A stretch of DNA of 64,000 nucleotides from an uncultured Candidatus Rokubacteria bacterium (GTDB lineage Bacteria > Methylomirabilota > Methylomirabilia > Rokubacteriales > CSP1-6): the NCBI GenBank assembly GCA_963789955.1, contig CAWBMV010000022.1:416001-480000 (forward strand). The letters are read 5' to 3'. A model generated the notes under the pieces. It was not told where the DNA came from. It was given only the letters and a program-made list of their open reading frames with translations, and made no database searches. Shown piece after piece: positions 9,433-20,790 of this stretch (position 1 is the stretch's first letter; each line of letters begins with the position of its first letter). The position numbers and the translations under genes were made by a program.

Positions 9433-10632
9433 ATGAAGCGCAGCACGGACCGGATCCTGACCACGCACGTGGGAAGCCTCGCGCGGCCCGACGAGCTCGC
9501 CGCGATTCTCCGATCGAAGGACCGTGGCCAGCCGTACGACGACGGGGCCTACACGAAGCTCGTGCGCGGCGCGGTGGCGGACGTCGTCCGCCGGCAGACC
9601 GAGGCCGGCGTCGACGTCGTCACCGACGGTGAGCAGGGCAAGGCGAGCTTCTTCGGCTACATCGTCGAGCGCTTCAACGGCTTCACGCGCAAGCCCGCGC
9701 CCGCCGGCCAGGAGGGCAACCCCCGAGGCCCGAGCCGCGAGTATCAGGCGTTTCCCGACTACTACGCGTGGTCCGAGCGGATCGCCGAATGGGCGGGCGG
9801 ACGCGGCGGCGATCGCAACCGGTACGGCGTCCACGTCTGCACGGGGCCGATCGGCTACAAGGGCCACGCGGCGGTCCGGACCGACGTCGAGAACATCGAG
9901 CTCGCGCTGAAGGGCCTGCGGCACGAAGAGGTCTTCGTGCCGGCGATCGCGCCCTCGTACGTCTTCGCGACGCTCGCGAACGAGTTCTATCGCACCGAGG
10001 AAGAGTACGAGCAGGCGCTGGCCGACGCGCTCCGCGAGGAATACCGCGCGATCGTCGACGCCGGCTTCGTGCTGCAGATCGACGATCCGCGCCTGGTCAC
10101 CCAGTACATGATGACGCCCGGCCTCAGCGTGGCCGACTGCCGGAAGTGGGCGGAGAAGCGGGTCGAGGCGATCAACTATTCGCTACGCGGGATCCCGCGC
10201 GAGAAGGTTCGCTTCCACACCTGCTACAGCATCGACGTCGGCCCGCGTGTCTACGACATGGAGCTGAAGGACATCGTCGACATCCTCCTGAAGATCAACG
10301 CCGGCGCGTATTCCTTCGAGGCGGCGAATCCGCGGCACGAGCACGAGTACCACGTCTTCGAGCACGTCCGGCCGCCCGACGGCACGATCCTCATTCCGGG
10401 CGTCATCAGCCACACCACGAACCTGGTCGAGCACCCGGAGCTCATCGCCGAGCGGATCGTGCGCTACGCCAAGATCGTCGGCCGCGAGAACGTCATCGCC
10501 GGCGCCGATTGCGGATTCGCCGCCTCCGGCATTCGCTTCAACGACGTCCACCCGAGTGTCGTGTGGCTGAAGTTCGCGGCCATGGCGGAGGGAGCCCGCC
10601 TGGCGACCAAGCAGCTCTGGGGACGCGCGTGA
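9433..10632 (+). CDS. Cobalamin-independent methionine synthase II family (MetE C-terminal-domain-like) protein
   Basis: ILTTHVGSLARP, DVVTDGE, LQIDDP, HTC, FEAANPRH, GADCGF. Confidence 0.9.
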   Translation: MKRSTDRILTTHVGSLARPDELAAILRSKDRGQPYDDGAYTKLVRGAVADVVRRQTEAGVDVVTDGEQGKASFFGYIVERFNGFTRKPAPAGQEGNPRGPSREYQAFPDYYAWSERIAEWAGGRGGDRNRYGVHVCTGPIGYKGHAAVRTDVENIELALKGLRHEEVFVPAIAPSYVFATLANEFYRTEEEYEQALADALREEYRAIVDAGFVLQIDDPRLVTQYMMTPGLSVADCRKWAEKRVEAINYSLRGIPREKVRFHTCYSIDVGPRVYDMELKDIVDILLKINAGAYSFEAANPRHEHEYHVFEHVRPPDGTILIPGVISHTTNLVEHPELIAERIVRYAKIVGRENVIAGADCGFAASGIRFNDVHPSVVWLKFAAMAEGARLATKQLWGRA

Positions 10633-10734
10633 GGCGGTCCGTCTCCTCTCACATCCGCCCATAGCCGGAGGAGGGGTGATGGGCTCATAGCTTTCCCCCC
10701 AGCCGGGAGCCTACGCTCTATACTGAGCGCCCCG

Positions 10735-11007
10735 ATGCTTCCTCTACTCAAGCGAATCGCGCGATGGGGCGTGGCGCTCGCGCTGATCGTCATCGGACTC
10801 GCGCTCTCCATCCCGGGGGTGCCGGGTCCCGGCTTCCTGGTCATCCTGATCGGCATCTTCGTGCTCCTGCCCGAGAGCCGATGGCTCCGGAAGAAATACG
10901 CGGCGCTCAAGCACCGCTATCCCCGGATCTTCAGCCCGATCGAAACGCGGCGGGCGCGGGCGCGCCAGGCGCGACACGCCGACCGCCGGTCGCGGCGCGG
11001 GTCGTGA
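10735..11007 (+). CDS. PGPGW-like small membrane protein
   Basis: Two hydrophobic helices around VPGPGF; basic tail. Confidence 0.7.
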   Translation: MLPLLKRIARWGVALALIVIGLALSIPGVPGPGFLVILIGIFVLLPESRWLRKKYAALKHRYPRIFSPIETRRARARQARHADRRSRRGS

Positions 11008-11090
11008 CGATGTCCCACGCGCCGATGTCGCGCTATCATGCGCGGCGCACGCGGGCGAGACCGCCCGCGATCGACACCAGGAGGCGACAC

Positions 11091-11567
11091 ATGGCACTGC
11101 AGGTGCGGCGAGTCATCACCGGCCACGACGGCAACGGCCGCGCGATCGTGAAGATCGACGAGGTCTGCAAGCACCTCGGCTCGGGCCGGCCGGGCGCGAC
11201 GGCGGTCAACATCTGGACCACCGAGGGCTTTCCCGCCAACAACGACGGCGCGGCCGACGAAGGCCTGCGCAAGGTCGGCACGACCCTGACGAAGGGGACG
11301 ATCTTCCGCGTGATCGAGTTCGCGCCGGGGCTCGCGGCGCGCAACCATCGCACCGACTCGATCGACTACATCGTGATCATCTCGGGCGAGATCGACATGG
11401 AGCTCGACGATTCGGTCGTGCACCTCAAGGCCGGCGACGTGATGGTGCAGCGGGGTACGATCCACAACTGGGTCAACAACGGTACCGCCCCGTGCGTCCT
11501 CGCGGTCATCCTAATCGACGCCAAATCAGTCGAAGCCGGCGGGAAAGTCCTGAACGCGATCGGATAG
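11091..11567 (+). CDS. Cupin domain protein
   Basis: VRRVITGHD, HRTDSIDY..ISGEI, GDVMVQRGTIHNWVN; SD AGGAGG. Confidence 0.88.
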   Translation: MALQVRRVITGHDGNGRAIVKIDEVCKHLGSGRPGATAVNIWTTEGFPANNDGAADEGLRKVGTTLTKGTIFRVIEFAPGLAARNHRTDSIDYIVIISGEIDMELDDSVVHLKAGDVMVQRGTIHNWVNNGTAPCVLAVILIDAKSVEAGGKVLNAIG

Positions 11568-11573
11568 GACGAA

Positions 11574-11602
11574 GAAGCGCCCCGGACTAACCGGGGCGCT
11601 TC
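11574..11602. terminator. Hairpin, likely intrinsic terminator between convergent genes
   Basis: Perfect 12-bp stem GAAGCGCCCCGG / CCGGGGCGCTTC with 5-nt loop. Confidence 0.75.
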
Positions 11603-11639
11603 CGAGCAACTGTTGGGGCCCGTCGAGGTCCCTATCCGA

Positions 11640-12779
11640 TCACATCAATCCGTAGAACTTTCCCGCATTCTCACACGTCATCTTCCGCGTCACGTCGTCG
11701 GGCAGATGCTTGAACTGCTCGGAGATGTACTTGGCCGACTCCGGCCATACGCCGTCGGGATGCGGGTAGTCGCTGCCCCACATCAAGGTCTCGACGCCCA
11801 TCTCGTCGATCAGCTTGGTGCCGACGCGATCGTACTGGAAGGTCGCCTTGCACTGGCGGCGCCAGTACTCGCTCGGCCTCATCTTGAGCGGCAGGTCCTT
11901 GTACTGGTCCTCGTACTCGAAGTCCATGCGGTCGAGCACGTAGGGGATCCAGCCGATGCCGCTCTCGCCGAACGCAATGCGGAGGTTCGGGTAGCGCTCG
12001 AAGACGGCGCGTCCCATGAGCGCGGTCAGAATGTTCGCCAGGGTCATCTGGAACAGGCACAGGCCGCTGTACATCAGCGCGCGCTGCGTGAGGCCCGTGT
12101 ACTTCTCCCGCAGCGCCGGCGACACCGAGGGGAACGTGTGGAAGTGCAGCGGGATCCCGACCTCGTTGATGGCCGCCCACAGTGGCTCCCACTGGTGATG
12201 CCACATCGGCTCCATGTCCCACGAGCACGACAGCTCGATGCCCTTGAAGCCCAGCTTCGCCACGCGATGCACCTCGGCGACCGCGGCGTCGATGTCGCCG
12301 TACGGCAGGTTCGCGAGCCCGATGTGACGGTTGGGATAGTGGCGGCAGAACTCGGCCATCCACGTGTTGTAGATGCGCAGCATCTCGTTGGACGCTTCGA
12401 TGTCCTTCAGCTTCGCGGCCGCCGCCAGGATGCCGTAGATGACCTCGGCGTCGACGCCGTCGCGGTCCATCTCCTTGACGCGCAGGTGCGGATCACCGGG
12501 CCGGCGGATGCCCTTCTTGCCGTCCTCGTAGAGACCGGTCGAGGCCATGACGTCGACCCGGAGCTGCTTCCCGGGCTGGTACTTGGTGCCCGAGGCGCCC
12601 ACGCCACCCGCCAGACCGAAGACCGCGCCGTTGTTGGCGACCCAGCGCGGGCCATCGGGCCCGTCGGCCACGTAGGGCATGCGCTCCTTCAGCTCGCGCG
12701 GCGCTTCCGAGACGAACAGGTCCGGCGGCAACCAGATCAGATCGAGGTGACAGTCCGCCGAGATTCGGTTGTAGCCCAT
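11640..12779 (-). CDS. Amidohydrolase_2 family protein (paralog A)
   Basis: ISADCH, MDRDGVDAEVIY, LHFH, FGESGIGW, WGSDYPH, ENAGKFYGL; SD GGAGG. Confidence 0.9.
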   Translation of the reverse strand: MGYNRISADCHLDLIWLPPDLFVSEAPRELKERMPYVADGPDGPRWVANNGAVFGLAGGVGASGTKYQPGKQLRVDVMASTGLYEDGKKGIRRPGDPHLRVKEMDRDGVDAEVIYGILAAAAKLKDIEASNEMLRIYNTWMAEFCRHYPNRHIGLANLPYGDIDAAVAEVHRVAKLGFKGIELSCSWDMEPMWHHQWEPLWAAINEVGIPLHFHTFPSVSPALREKYTGLTQRALMYSGLCLFQMTLANILTALMGRAVFERYPNLRIAFGESGIGWIPYVLDRMDFEYEDQYKDLPLKMRPSEYWRRQCKATFQYDRVGTKLIDEMGVETLMWGSDYPHPDGVWPESAKYISEQFKHLPDDVTRKMTCENAGKFYGLM

Positions 12780-12832
12780 GGCTCGCCTCCCGTTAGACTT
12801 GCACTGCAAGCGGTTGCCACAATAGTACCGCG

Positions 12833-13771
12833 CTATCGACCGACTAGCGGTAGCCCCTCTTGTTGCCTCACCTCGTTGATGACCTCGAGCACGCGCGTGT
12901 GCAGCCCGGGGTACTCGATCCCAAACTCCTTGGCCAGACGGCTCCAGTCAACCAGGTAGTTGCCTGATTCCTCGCGGCCGCCTTCCTTGGCGAACGTGAT
13001 CTGTGCGTCAGGCAGGAACCCGCGCACGATGTCCGCGAGCTCGCCGAGGCTCACCGGGATGCCGCCCGAGTTGTAGAGCGAATGACGGGGCGCGTCGGCC
13101 AGCAGGATGCGCATGAAGACTTCGGCCATGTCCTCGACGTGGATCAAGAGACGCATGAGGCCCTTGGCCGGCAGGTGAACCGGCCGGCCGCGCGCGGCGT
13201 CGACCATGATCTGCACGTGATCGACCGAGCCGCGTACTTTGTCCGGCCCGGTGACGTTCGCCGGACGCACGCCCGTGATCGACATGCCGTAGTTCTTGAT
13301 GTACTTCTTGGCCTGGAACTCGTTGAAGATCTTGTGCATCGCGTACTGGCTCGTGCCGTACGTGGGATCGTCCTCGGTGGCCAGCCGGTCGCCGAAGTTG
13401 CTCTGCTGGCCGCTCACCGCGACCGAGCTCGCGTAGACGATGCGCTTGACCCCGGCCAGCCGCGCGGCCTCGAAGCAGTTGTCCATCCCGAGGATGTCCA
13501 GGCGCATCACCTGGTGCGGGTTGCCCTCGCCGGCTCCGAGTCCGTAGGCCAGATTGATGAGCCGGTCCGGCTTCACGTCGAGCACGGTGCGCATCACGTC
13601 CTCGAACTGTGTGACGTCGCCGCGGACGACCGGCGCGCCGACTGGCACACCGGCGAACGTCGCGGCCGCCGGGTTCAGATCCATGCCGACGACCGATTCG
13701 CCGCGCGCCACCAGCTTACGGATCAGCCGGGGACCGATGAAGCCGGTTGCGCCGATCACGAGGACGGACAT
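12833..13771 (-). CDS. NAD-dependent epimerase/dehydratase (extended SDR)
   Basis: IGATGFIG, YASS, YAMHK (YxxxK); SD AGGAGG. Confidence 0.88.
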   Translation of the reverse strand: MSVLVIGATGFIGPRLIRKLVARGESVVGMDLNPAAATFAGVPVGAPVVRGDVTQFEDVMRTVLDVKPDRLINLAYGLGAGEGNPHQVMRLDILGMDNCFEAARLAGVKRIVYASSVAVSGQQSNFGDRLATEDDPTYGTSQYAMHKIFNEFQAKKYIKNYGMSITGVRPANVTGPDKVRGSVDHVQIMVDAARGRPVHLPAKGLMRLLIHVEDMAEVFMRILLADAPRHSLYNSGGIPVSLGELADIVRGFLPDAQITFAKEGGREESGNYLVDWSRLAKEFGIEYPGLHTRVLEVINEVRQQEGLPLVGR

Positions 13772-13859
13772 ACGCACCTCCTGACGAAGACCGTGGCCCG
13801 ACCCTGCGGGCCGCTCGAACATAGCCCGTCAGGTGCGTGACAGGCAAGACTCGTCGGGA

Positions 13860-14222
13860 TCAGTCCTGGCGGGTCGACTGCCAGGCGATCATGCGCCAGT
13901 CGGCGCCGCTCTTCGCGTACACCGCGAGGTAGCGGACGGTGAACCGGTTCTCCTTGCCGTCACGCTCCACGTGCATGTCGGATACGCCGTTGACGATGCC
14001 GACGTTGCCGGCCACGCGCACGCGACGGTCGCGCGGCGCGATGCCGCGGTAGTGCGGCTTGCCGGCGCGGAGGTTCGCGATGTGCTCCGTCTTCGACTCC
14101 TGTCGGGCGGTGGAGTGCACATAGGTGAGATCGTCGGAGAGCGCCGCGTCGAGCGCGGCCCAGTCGCCCTTTCTCATCGCCTCGAAGCGCCGGTCGTCGG
14201 CGCGAAGGACATCGGCTTCCAT
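13860..14222 (-). CDS. NTF2-like / DUF4440 protein
   Basis: LSDDLTYVHST, YLAVYAK, WRMIAWQST; SD AAGGAG. Confidence 0.82.
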   Translation of the reverse strand: MEADVLRADDRRFEAMRKGDWAALDAALSDDLTYVHSTARQESKTEHIANLRAGKPHYRGIAPRDRRVRVAGNVGIVNGVSDMHVERDGKENRFTVRYLAVYAKSGADWRMIAWQSTRQD

Positions 14223-15400
14223 GACGTCTCCTTCCTGCGGCACGCGGGGATCACGTGCTTGCCGAACATTTCGATCGATTGCATCGCGCGCTCGTGCGGG
14301 ATCGTCTCGGTCTGCGTGATCAAGATGACCTGATCGACACCGGCCTCCTCGTAGAGCTGAACGCCCTTGATGCAGCTCTCGGGGTCGCCGGCGATGATGA
14401 TGCCGCGATCGCACAAGGTGTCGGGGTCCATCTGGCCGAAGGCCGCGCGCGCGGCGCCCGGGCCGCTATCGAGCGAGATCCCGACCTGAGCGGCCTGCTC
14501 CTTGTGCGCGTCGTCCGACTGCCGGAGCCACCGGCCGAAGTCGGCCTTCAAGTGATCGGGCACGCCGCCCCACGACTCCAGGAGCTGCTCGTAGGCGTTG
14601 ACGCGGTCGCGAATGTACGGCTTGTCCGGCCCGAAGAACGTCTTGAGCGAGAGTGCGGCGAGCGCGCGCGCCTCGGCGTTGTTCTCGCCGCAGAACCCGT
14701 GCACGTTGTTGCCCCAGTAGTCGTTGACGACGGCGCCCACGGGTGTCGCCTGCTTGACTCGCGCCCGATAGCGGTTGACGTGCTCCGCCAGGATGTTGGT
14801 GGCGAACGTGGCCGAGGACAGGACGCCGATGCCTTTGTCGGCCGCGACGTCGTAGCTCTCGGTCTGCGTGCACGCGAGGTACATCGGCGGATGCGGCTTC
14901 TGATACGGCTTGGGCAGCACGTGGCGCTTGGGCACCGTCCAGAAGGCGCCCTCCCAGGAAAACTCTTCCGATTGCCAGATCTGCGGGATCATCCTGAGCG
15001 ATTCTTCCCACATCGCGCGTGTGTTGCGCGGATCGATGCCCTGACCGATCTGCTCGTACGCGTTGGACCGCCCGGTCCCGAACTCGAGCCGGCCGTCGGT
15101 CAGCTGGTCCAGCATGGCCGCTCGCTCGGCCGCATGAATGGGATGGTGCGACGGCAGGATACAGACACCGAAGCCGATCCGGATGCGCCGGGTCATCTGG
15201 CTCAAAGCGCCGAGCAGCACTTCGGGGCAGGGCGAGCCCGAGAATCCGGTCAGAAAGTGGTGCTCGACGAACCAGAGGTTGTCGAAGCCGATCTTGTCGG
15301 CCAGCACGCATTGCTCGAGCGTTTCCTTGTAGAGCTTGTTCCAGTCGATGTCCGTGCCTTTGAACGGTCGCTGCGCCTCGTAGAGCAGGCCGAATCGCAT
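14174..15400 (-). CDS. LLM-class flavin-dependent oxidoreductase
   Basis: MRFGLLYE, GFDNLWFVEHHF, AERAAMLDQLTDGRLEFGTGR, PKPYQKPHPP. Confidence 0.9.
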   Translation of the reverse strand: MRFGLLYEAQRPFKGTDIDWNKLYKETLEQCVLADKIGFDNLWFVEHHFLTGFSGSPCPEVLLGALSQMTRRIRIGFGVCILPSHHPIHAAERAAMLDQLTDGRLEFGTGRSNAYEQIGQGIDPRNTRAMWEESLRMIPQIWQSEEFSWEGAFWTVPKRHVLPKPYQKPHPPMYLACTQTESYDVAADKGIGVLSSATFATNILAEHVNRYRARVKQATPVGAVVNDYWGNNVHGFCGENNAEARALAALSLKTFFGPDKPYIRDRVNAYEQLLESWGGVPDHLKADFGRWLRQSDDAHKEQAAQVGISLDSGPGAARAAFGQMDPDTLCDRGIIIAGDPESCIKGVQLYEEAGVDQVILITQTETIPHERAMQSIEMFGKHVIPACRRKETSWKPMSFAPTTGASRR

Positions 15401-15527
15401 CGCGGGTATCTCCTGACCGTCGTGCGCGCCGCAGATCGCCGCGGGGCTGGGGCCTCGCCGGTCGAGGCGCGCTTCCGAAAAATACGGACTGAAAAGTGCC
15501 GTCATGCTATCACGTTGGCGGGGCGTC

Positions 15528-15557
15528 TTGACGGCGGCATCGGTCGCGGCATAGGCT
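15528..15557 (+). promoter_or_regulatory. Candidate sigma70 promoter TTGACG-N18-TAGGCT for the hydrolase-oxygenase operon
   Basis: Hexamers at 15528-15533 and 15552-15557; ATG at 15568. Confidence 0.45.
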
Positions 15558-15567
15558 CGCCGGCACC

Positions 15568-16341
15568 ATGGAAGAGCGCCTCGTCGAGATTCCCACCGCG
15601 TCGGGCCGCATGGACACGTTCGTCACCCACCCGGAGCAGGACGGACCGTTTCCGCCGGTCATCATCTACATGGACATCTGGGGGCTCCGCGAGGAGCTCT
15701 TTGAGATCGCGCGTCGGGTCGGCACCGTCGGGTACTACTGCATGGTGCCCGATCTCTACTACCGGCAGGGCAAGGTCCGGCACGAGTTTCGGGACGCGGA
15801 GAACCGGATGATCTCGCTCCACGCGCTCGACGAGGCGCGCCGGCAGCGCGTGATCGCGCCGGGACGCCGCCTCTCGAACCAGATGGTCGTCGACGATACG
15901 GGCGCGATCCTGGACTTCCTCGGCCGCGGCGAGCCGGTGCGTGCGGGCGCCGTCGGCTCGATCGGCTACTGCATGGGCGGCCGTCACGTCCTGTGTGTCG
16001 CGGGCCATTTCCCCGACCGCATGACCGCCGGCGCGAGCCTGCACGGCACCACGCTCATCAGCGACGCGCCCGACTCGCCGCACCACCTGGCCCGGGAGTT
16101 CCGCGGCGAGCTCTATTGCGGGTTCGCCGAGATGGATCCATACGCTCCGCTGTCGATGGTGAAGGAGCTCGACACGCTCTTGCGTCCGTGCCCGATCGAC
16201 TATCGGTATGCGATCCACGAGGGCGCCCAGCACGGCTACGCGCTCCCCAACCGCGACATCTTCGACGCGCGCGGCGCGGCGCGCGACTGGGAGCAGATCT
16301 TCGCGATGTTCCACCGGCGAATCCCGCCCTATCAGGCGTAG
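15568..16341 (+). CDS. Dienelactone hydrolase family protein
   Basis: MDIWGLRE, PDLYYR, GYCMGG nucleophile, GAQHGY. Confidence 0.9.
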   Translation: MEERLVEIPTASGRMDTFVTHPEQDGPFPPVIIYMDIWGLREELFEIARRVGTVGYYCMVPDLYYRQGKVRHEFRDAENRMISLHALDEARRQRVIAPGRRLSNQMVVDDTGAILDFLGRGEPVRAGAVGSIGYCMGGRHVLCVAGHFPDRMTAGASLHGTTLISDAPDSPHHLAREFRGELYCGFAEMDPYAPLSMVKELDTLLRPCPIDYRYAIHEGAQHGYALPNRDIFDARGAARDWEQIFAMFHRRIPPYQA

Positions 16342-16345
16342 ACCG

Positions 16346-16477
16346 ATGGACTGGATCGAGGCGAATGGCGCGAGCCTGCGATACGACTCGGGCCATTTCA
16401 TGGCGGTCGAGACGCCGGACCTGCTCGTCGATCTGGCGATCCCGTTCCTGACCGCGGGAGCGGCGGGGGCGAGGTGA
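16346..16477 (+). pseudogene. Internally deleted alpha/beta hydrolase remnant (43 aa)
   Basis: N-terminal MDWIEANGASLRYD joined directly to C-terminal SGHFMAVETPDLLVDLAIPFL. Confidence 0.65.
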
Positions 16478-17736
16478 TGGGCGCCCCGACCCCCGTGATC
16501 GACTACAAGACGCTCGTGCAGGACGATCGCATCCACGCCTCGCTCTACACCGACCCGCGCATCTTCGACGACGAGATGGAGCGCATCTTCCGCCGCGGCT
16601 GGGTCTTCGTCGGGCACGAGAGCGAGATTCCCGGCGCCGGCGACTTCGTCACGCGCCGCCTCGGCGCGGAGCCGGTGATCATGGTGCGCGCCGCCGATGG
16701 CGGTGTCGCCGTGCTCGTCAATCGCTGCATGCACCGCGGCACGATGGTGTGCCCGGCCGACCGGGGTCACGCACGGACGTTCACCTGTCCCTACCACGGC
16801 TGGACCTACGACGTCTCGGGCGCGCTGCTCGGGGTGCCCTATCCCGGCGGGTACGGCGCGTTCGACAAGAACGCGCACGGCCTCGCGCGCGCGCCGCGCG
16901 TGTCGAGCTACCGCGGCTTCGTCTTCGCCAGCCTGAGCCCGGCGGGGATTTCGCTCTCGGAGCATCTGGGCATGGCCACGCGGCTGATCGATCGCTCGTG
17001 CGATCTCTCACCGGTCGGCGAGATCGAGCTGACCGCCGGCTGGGTGAAGCACCGGTGCGCCGCCAACTGGAAGGCGCTGCCCGAGAACGACAGCGACGGC
17101 TACCATCTCGGGTTCGTCCATCGCGCACTGTTCGCGACGGTGCGCACGCAGTATCAGCGCGTGGTCGGCGACGAGAAGGCGATCAAGGCGGTCGTGCGCG
17201 ACTGGGGCAACGGCCATATGGAAATCGACTGGTCGCCCGGCTATCAGGGCCCGTTCGAGTGGCTGGGCGGCGCCTCCGGCTCGGTGGTCGCCGACTTCGT
17301 GGCCGCGCTGGAGCGCCGCGATGGTCCCGAGCTCGCGCGCCGGCGCATCCTCGAGGGCCCGGCCCATGTGCTCATCTTTCCGAATTTGTTTCTGGGCGAG
17401 ACCAACATCGCGATCGTCGAGCCGGTGAGCGTCGAGGAGTGCGTGCACTGGCACACGCCGATGTTCCTCAAGGGCGTGCCCGAGTTCAACAGCCGCCTGC
17501 TGCGCATGGCCGAAGCGGGTATGGGCCCGGCATCGTTCCTGATGCCGGAAGACCTGATCGTGGCGGCCCGGAACCAGCTCGGGCTGCACGCGCGCACCGT
17601 TCCCTGGCTCGAGCTCGGCCGGGGCCTCAACCGCGAGCGGGTCGACGCCGAGGGCCGGACGGTCTCTCACGTCACGGACGAGACGACGAATCGCGCGCTC
17701 TGGCGCCACTACCGGACGGTGATGACGGACGCGTAG
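16477..17736 (+). CDS. Rieske non-heme iron aromatic ring-hydroxylating oxygenase, alpha subunit
   Basis: NRCMHRG..CPYHGW Rieske ligands; NWK..ENDSDGYHLGFVH mononuclear Fe motif; IFPNL. Confidence 0.93.
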   Translation: MGAPTPVIDYKTLVQDDRIHASLYTDPRIFDDEMERIFRRGWVFVGHESEIPGAGDFVTRRLGAEPVIMVRAADGGVAVLVNRCMHRGTMVCPADRGHARTFTCPYHGWTYDVSGALLGVPYPGGYGAFDKNAHGLARAPRVSSYRGFVFASLSPAGISLSEHLGMATRLIDRSCDLSPVGEIELTAGWVKHRCAANWKALPENDSDGYHLGFVHRALFATVRTQYQRVVGDEKAIKAVVRDWGNGHMEIDWSPGYQGPFEWLGGASGSVVADFVAALERRDGPELARRRILEGPAHVLIFPNLFLGETNIAIVEPVSVEECVHWHTPMFLKGVPEFNSRLLRMAEAGMGPASFLMPEDLIVAARNQLGLHARTVPWLELGRGLNRERVDAEGRTVSHVTDETTNRALWRHYRTVMTDA

Positions 17737-17748
17737 TCCCCCGGCCCG

Positions 17749-18240
17749 ATGCTCTCCGACGCCGAACACCGAGCCGTGGTCGAGTTCATCTATCGCGAAG
17801 CGCGCCTGGCCGACGAGGCGCGCTACGCCGAGTGGCTCGCGCTGTGGACCGACGACGGCGTGTACTGGGTGCCGGCGAGCACCGATCCCTCCGCCGATCC
17901 GGACAAGCACCTCTCGCACATCTACGACAACCGCGGCCGCATCGAGACGCGGATCAAGATGCTACAGACTGGCTACCGCTACAGCCAGGAGCCGGCGTCA
18001 CTGATGCGCCGGCTCGTGTCGAATATCGAGGCGACGTCGGCCGACAACGGCGAGCTCGTCGTCGAGTCGAACTTCGCCCTCGCGGAGCTCGCGATCCAGG
18101 CCAAGCGTGAGCTCCACTGGTGGGTCGGGCGCACGACGCACCGGCTCCGGCGCGTCGGCGGCGAGCTGAAGATGTGCCGGAAGAAGGTCGTGCTGGTGAA
18201 CGCGGCCGAGCCGCTGCCGAATCTATCGTTCTTGATCTGA
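17749..18240 (+). CDS. Aromatic ring-hydroxylating oxygenase, beta subunit
   Basis: FIYREARLADE, YWVP, SQEP..RRLVSN, KKVVLVN. Confidence 0.92.
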   Translation: MLSDAEHRAVVEFIYREARLADEARYAEWLALWTDDGVYWVPASTDPSADPDKHLSHIYDNRGRIETRIKMLQTGYRYSQEPASLMRRLVSNIEATSADNGELVVESNFALAELAIQAKRELHWWVGRTTHRLRRVGGELKMCRKKVVLVNAAEPLPNLSFLI

Positions 18241-18245
18241 ACCGG

Positions 18246-19008
18246 CTATCGCTGCCCCCCGGGCACTGGGAAGTACGTGGTACCCGGCTCTGGGAAATCC
18301 TTCCATGGCAATGTGGGGTACGTGCCGGGCCCGCTTCTACTCTGGTCTGGTGTCGCGCCCGGCGACACCGTGCGGGAGGAGGATGCAGGATTGGACCGTG
18401 TGCCGGGCGGCAGCGGCTCGATGTTTGGCAACGTCCCCGAGAACACGCGCCCGCCGGAACCGTCAGGCGGGTGGCCGCGATAGTCGCCAGGGTCCGGGTC
18501 CACCTCGGGCGGGTGCGGGCGATAGTAGGTCAACACGTCGCGATCGCCCCACAGGCCGCGGCCGTCCCGGCGAGCGTCCTCTTCGAGAGTGCGGAAGTAA
18601 GCGAGGTACTGATGGTCCGTGGACGCCATCGCCTCGGCATAGCCCCTCTGAAGAAGAGTGGCGTTGACGAACACCTTGTCAACCCAGACGTAGGCCATCA
18701 GCCGGCCCGAGCGGTCACGCGGGGGCGCGCCCAAGGTGAGGTAGATCCACTTGCCTTCGACGAGCCGCTGATTCGCCTCGCGCGCCACGTTCGCGAACGG
18801 CTCCCGGCCCCGCGCGGGATGATCGACGATCGGGACGTCGATGCCGAGGTAGCGCACGCCTTCGATCCGCGTACCGATCTGGGCGTAGATGAAGTCGCCC
18901 TCCACGACACGCGTGACGTAGGCCGGGCCGATCCATCCCTGCGCGAAGGCCGACGTCGAGACACCCGAGAGGGCGACGAGCGAGAGCGCCCACCCTGAAT
19001 ATCAACAA
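18246..19008 (-). CDS. Thermonuclease (SNase-like) family secreted protein with Pro-rich tail; probable frameshift at ~18990 in the signal peptide
   Basis: VTRVVEGD, VRYLGIDVP, DRSGRLMAYVW, VNATLLQRGYA, ARRDGRGLWG; removing one G gives TTG start and IFRVALSLVALSGVSTSAFA. Confidence 0.75.
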
Positions 19009-19022
19009 ATGCCTCGGTGGGT

Positions 19023-20636
<1,614 letters not shown>

Positions 20637-20790
20637 TGCAGATTCTCCTCGCATGGCTTTGTTCGTGGACCTCGGGAGCCGCGGCGCATCGCCGTATGGT
20701 CGTCGACCCGCCCAGCGCGATCCACTGGACCTAGGTCTAGAGGGCATGCGCCAGCCGCCGTCGGGCGGCCGGACGATTCAACTCAGACGG

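Noticed and set aside
12805..12819. Sigma54-like TGGCAACCGCTTGCA upstream of amidohydrolase A
   Set aside because: GG-to-GC spacing is 9 rather than 10; it would only hold if a base is missing
18246..19008. Thermonuclease as an anti-phage or toxin gene
   Set aside because: It has a signal peptide and no defence or immunity neighbours
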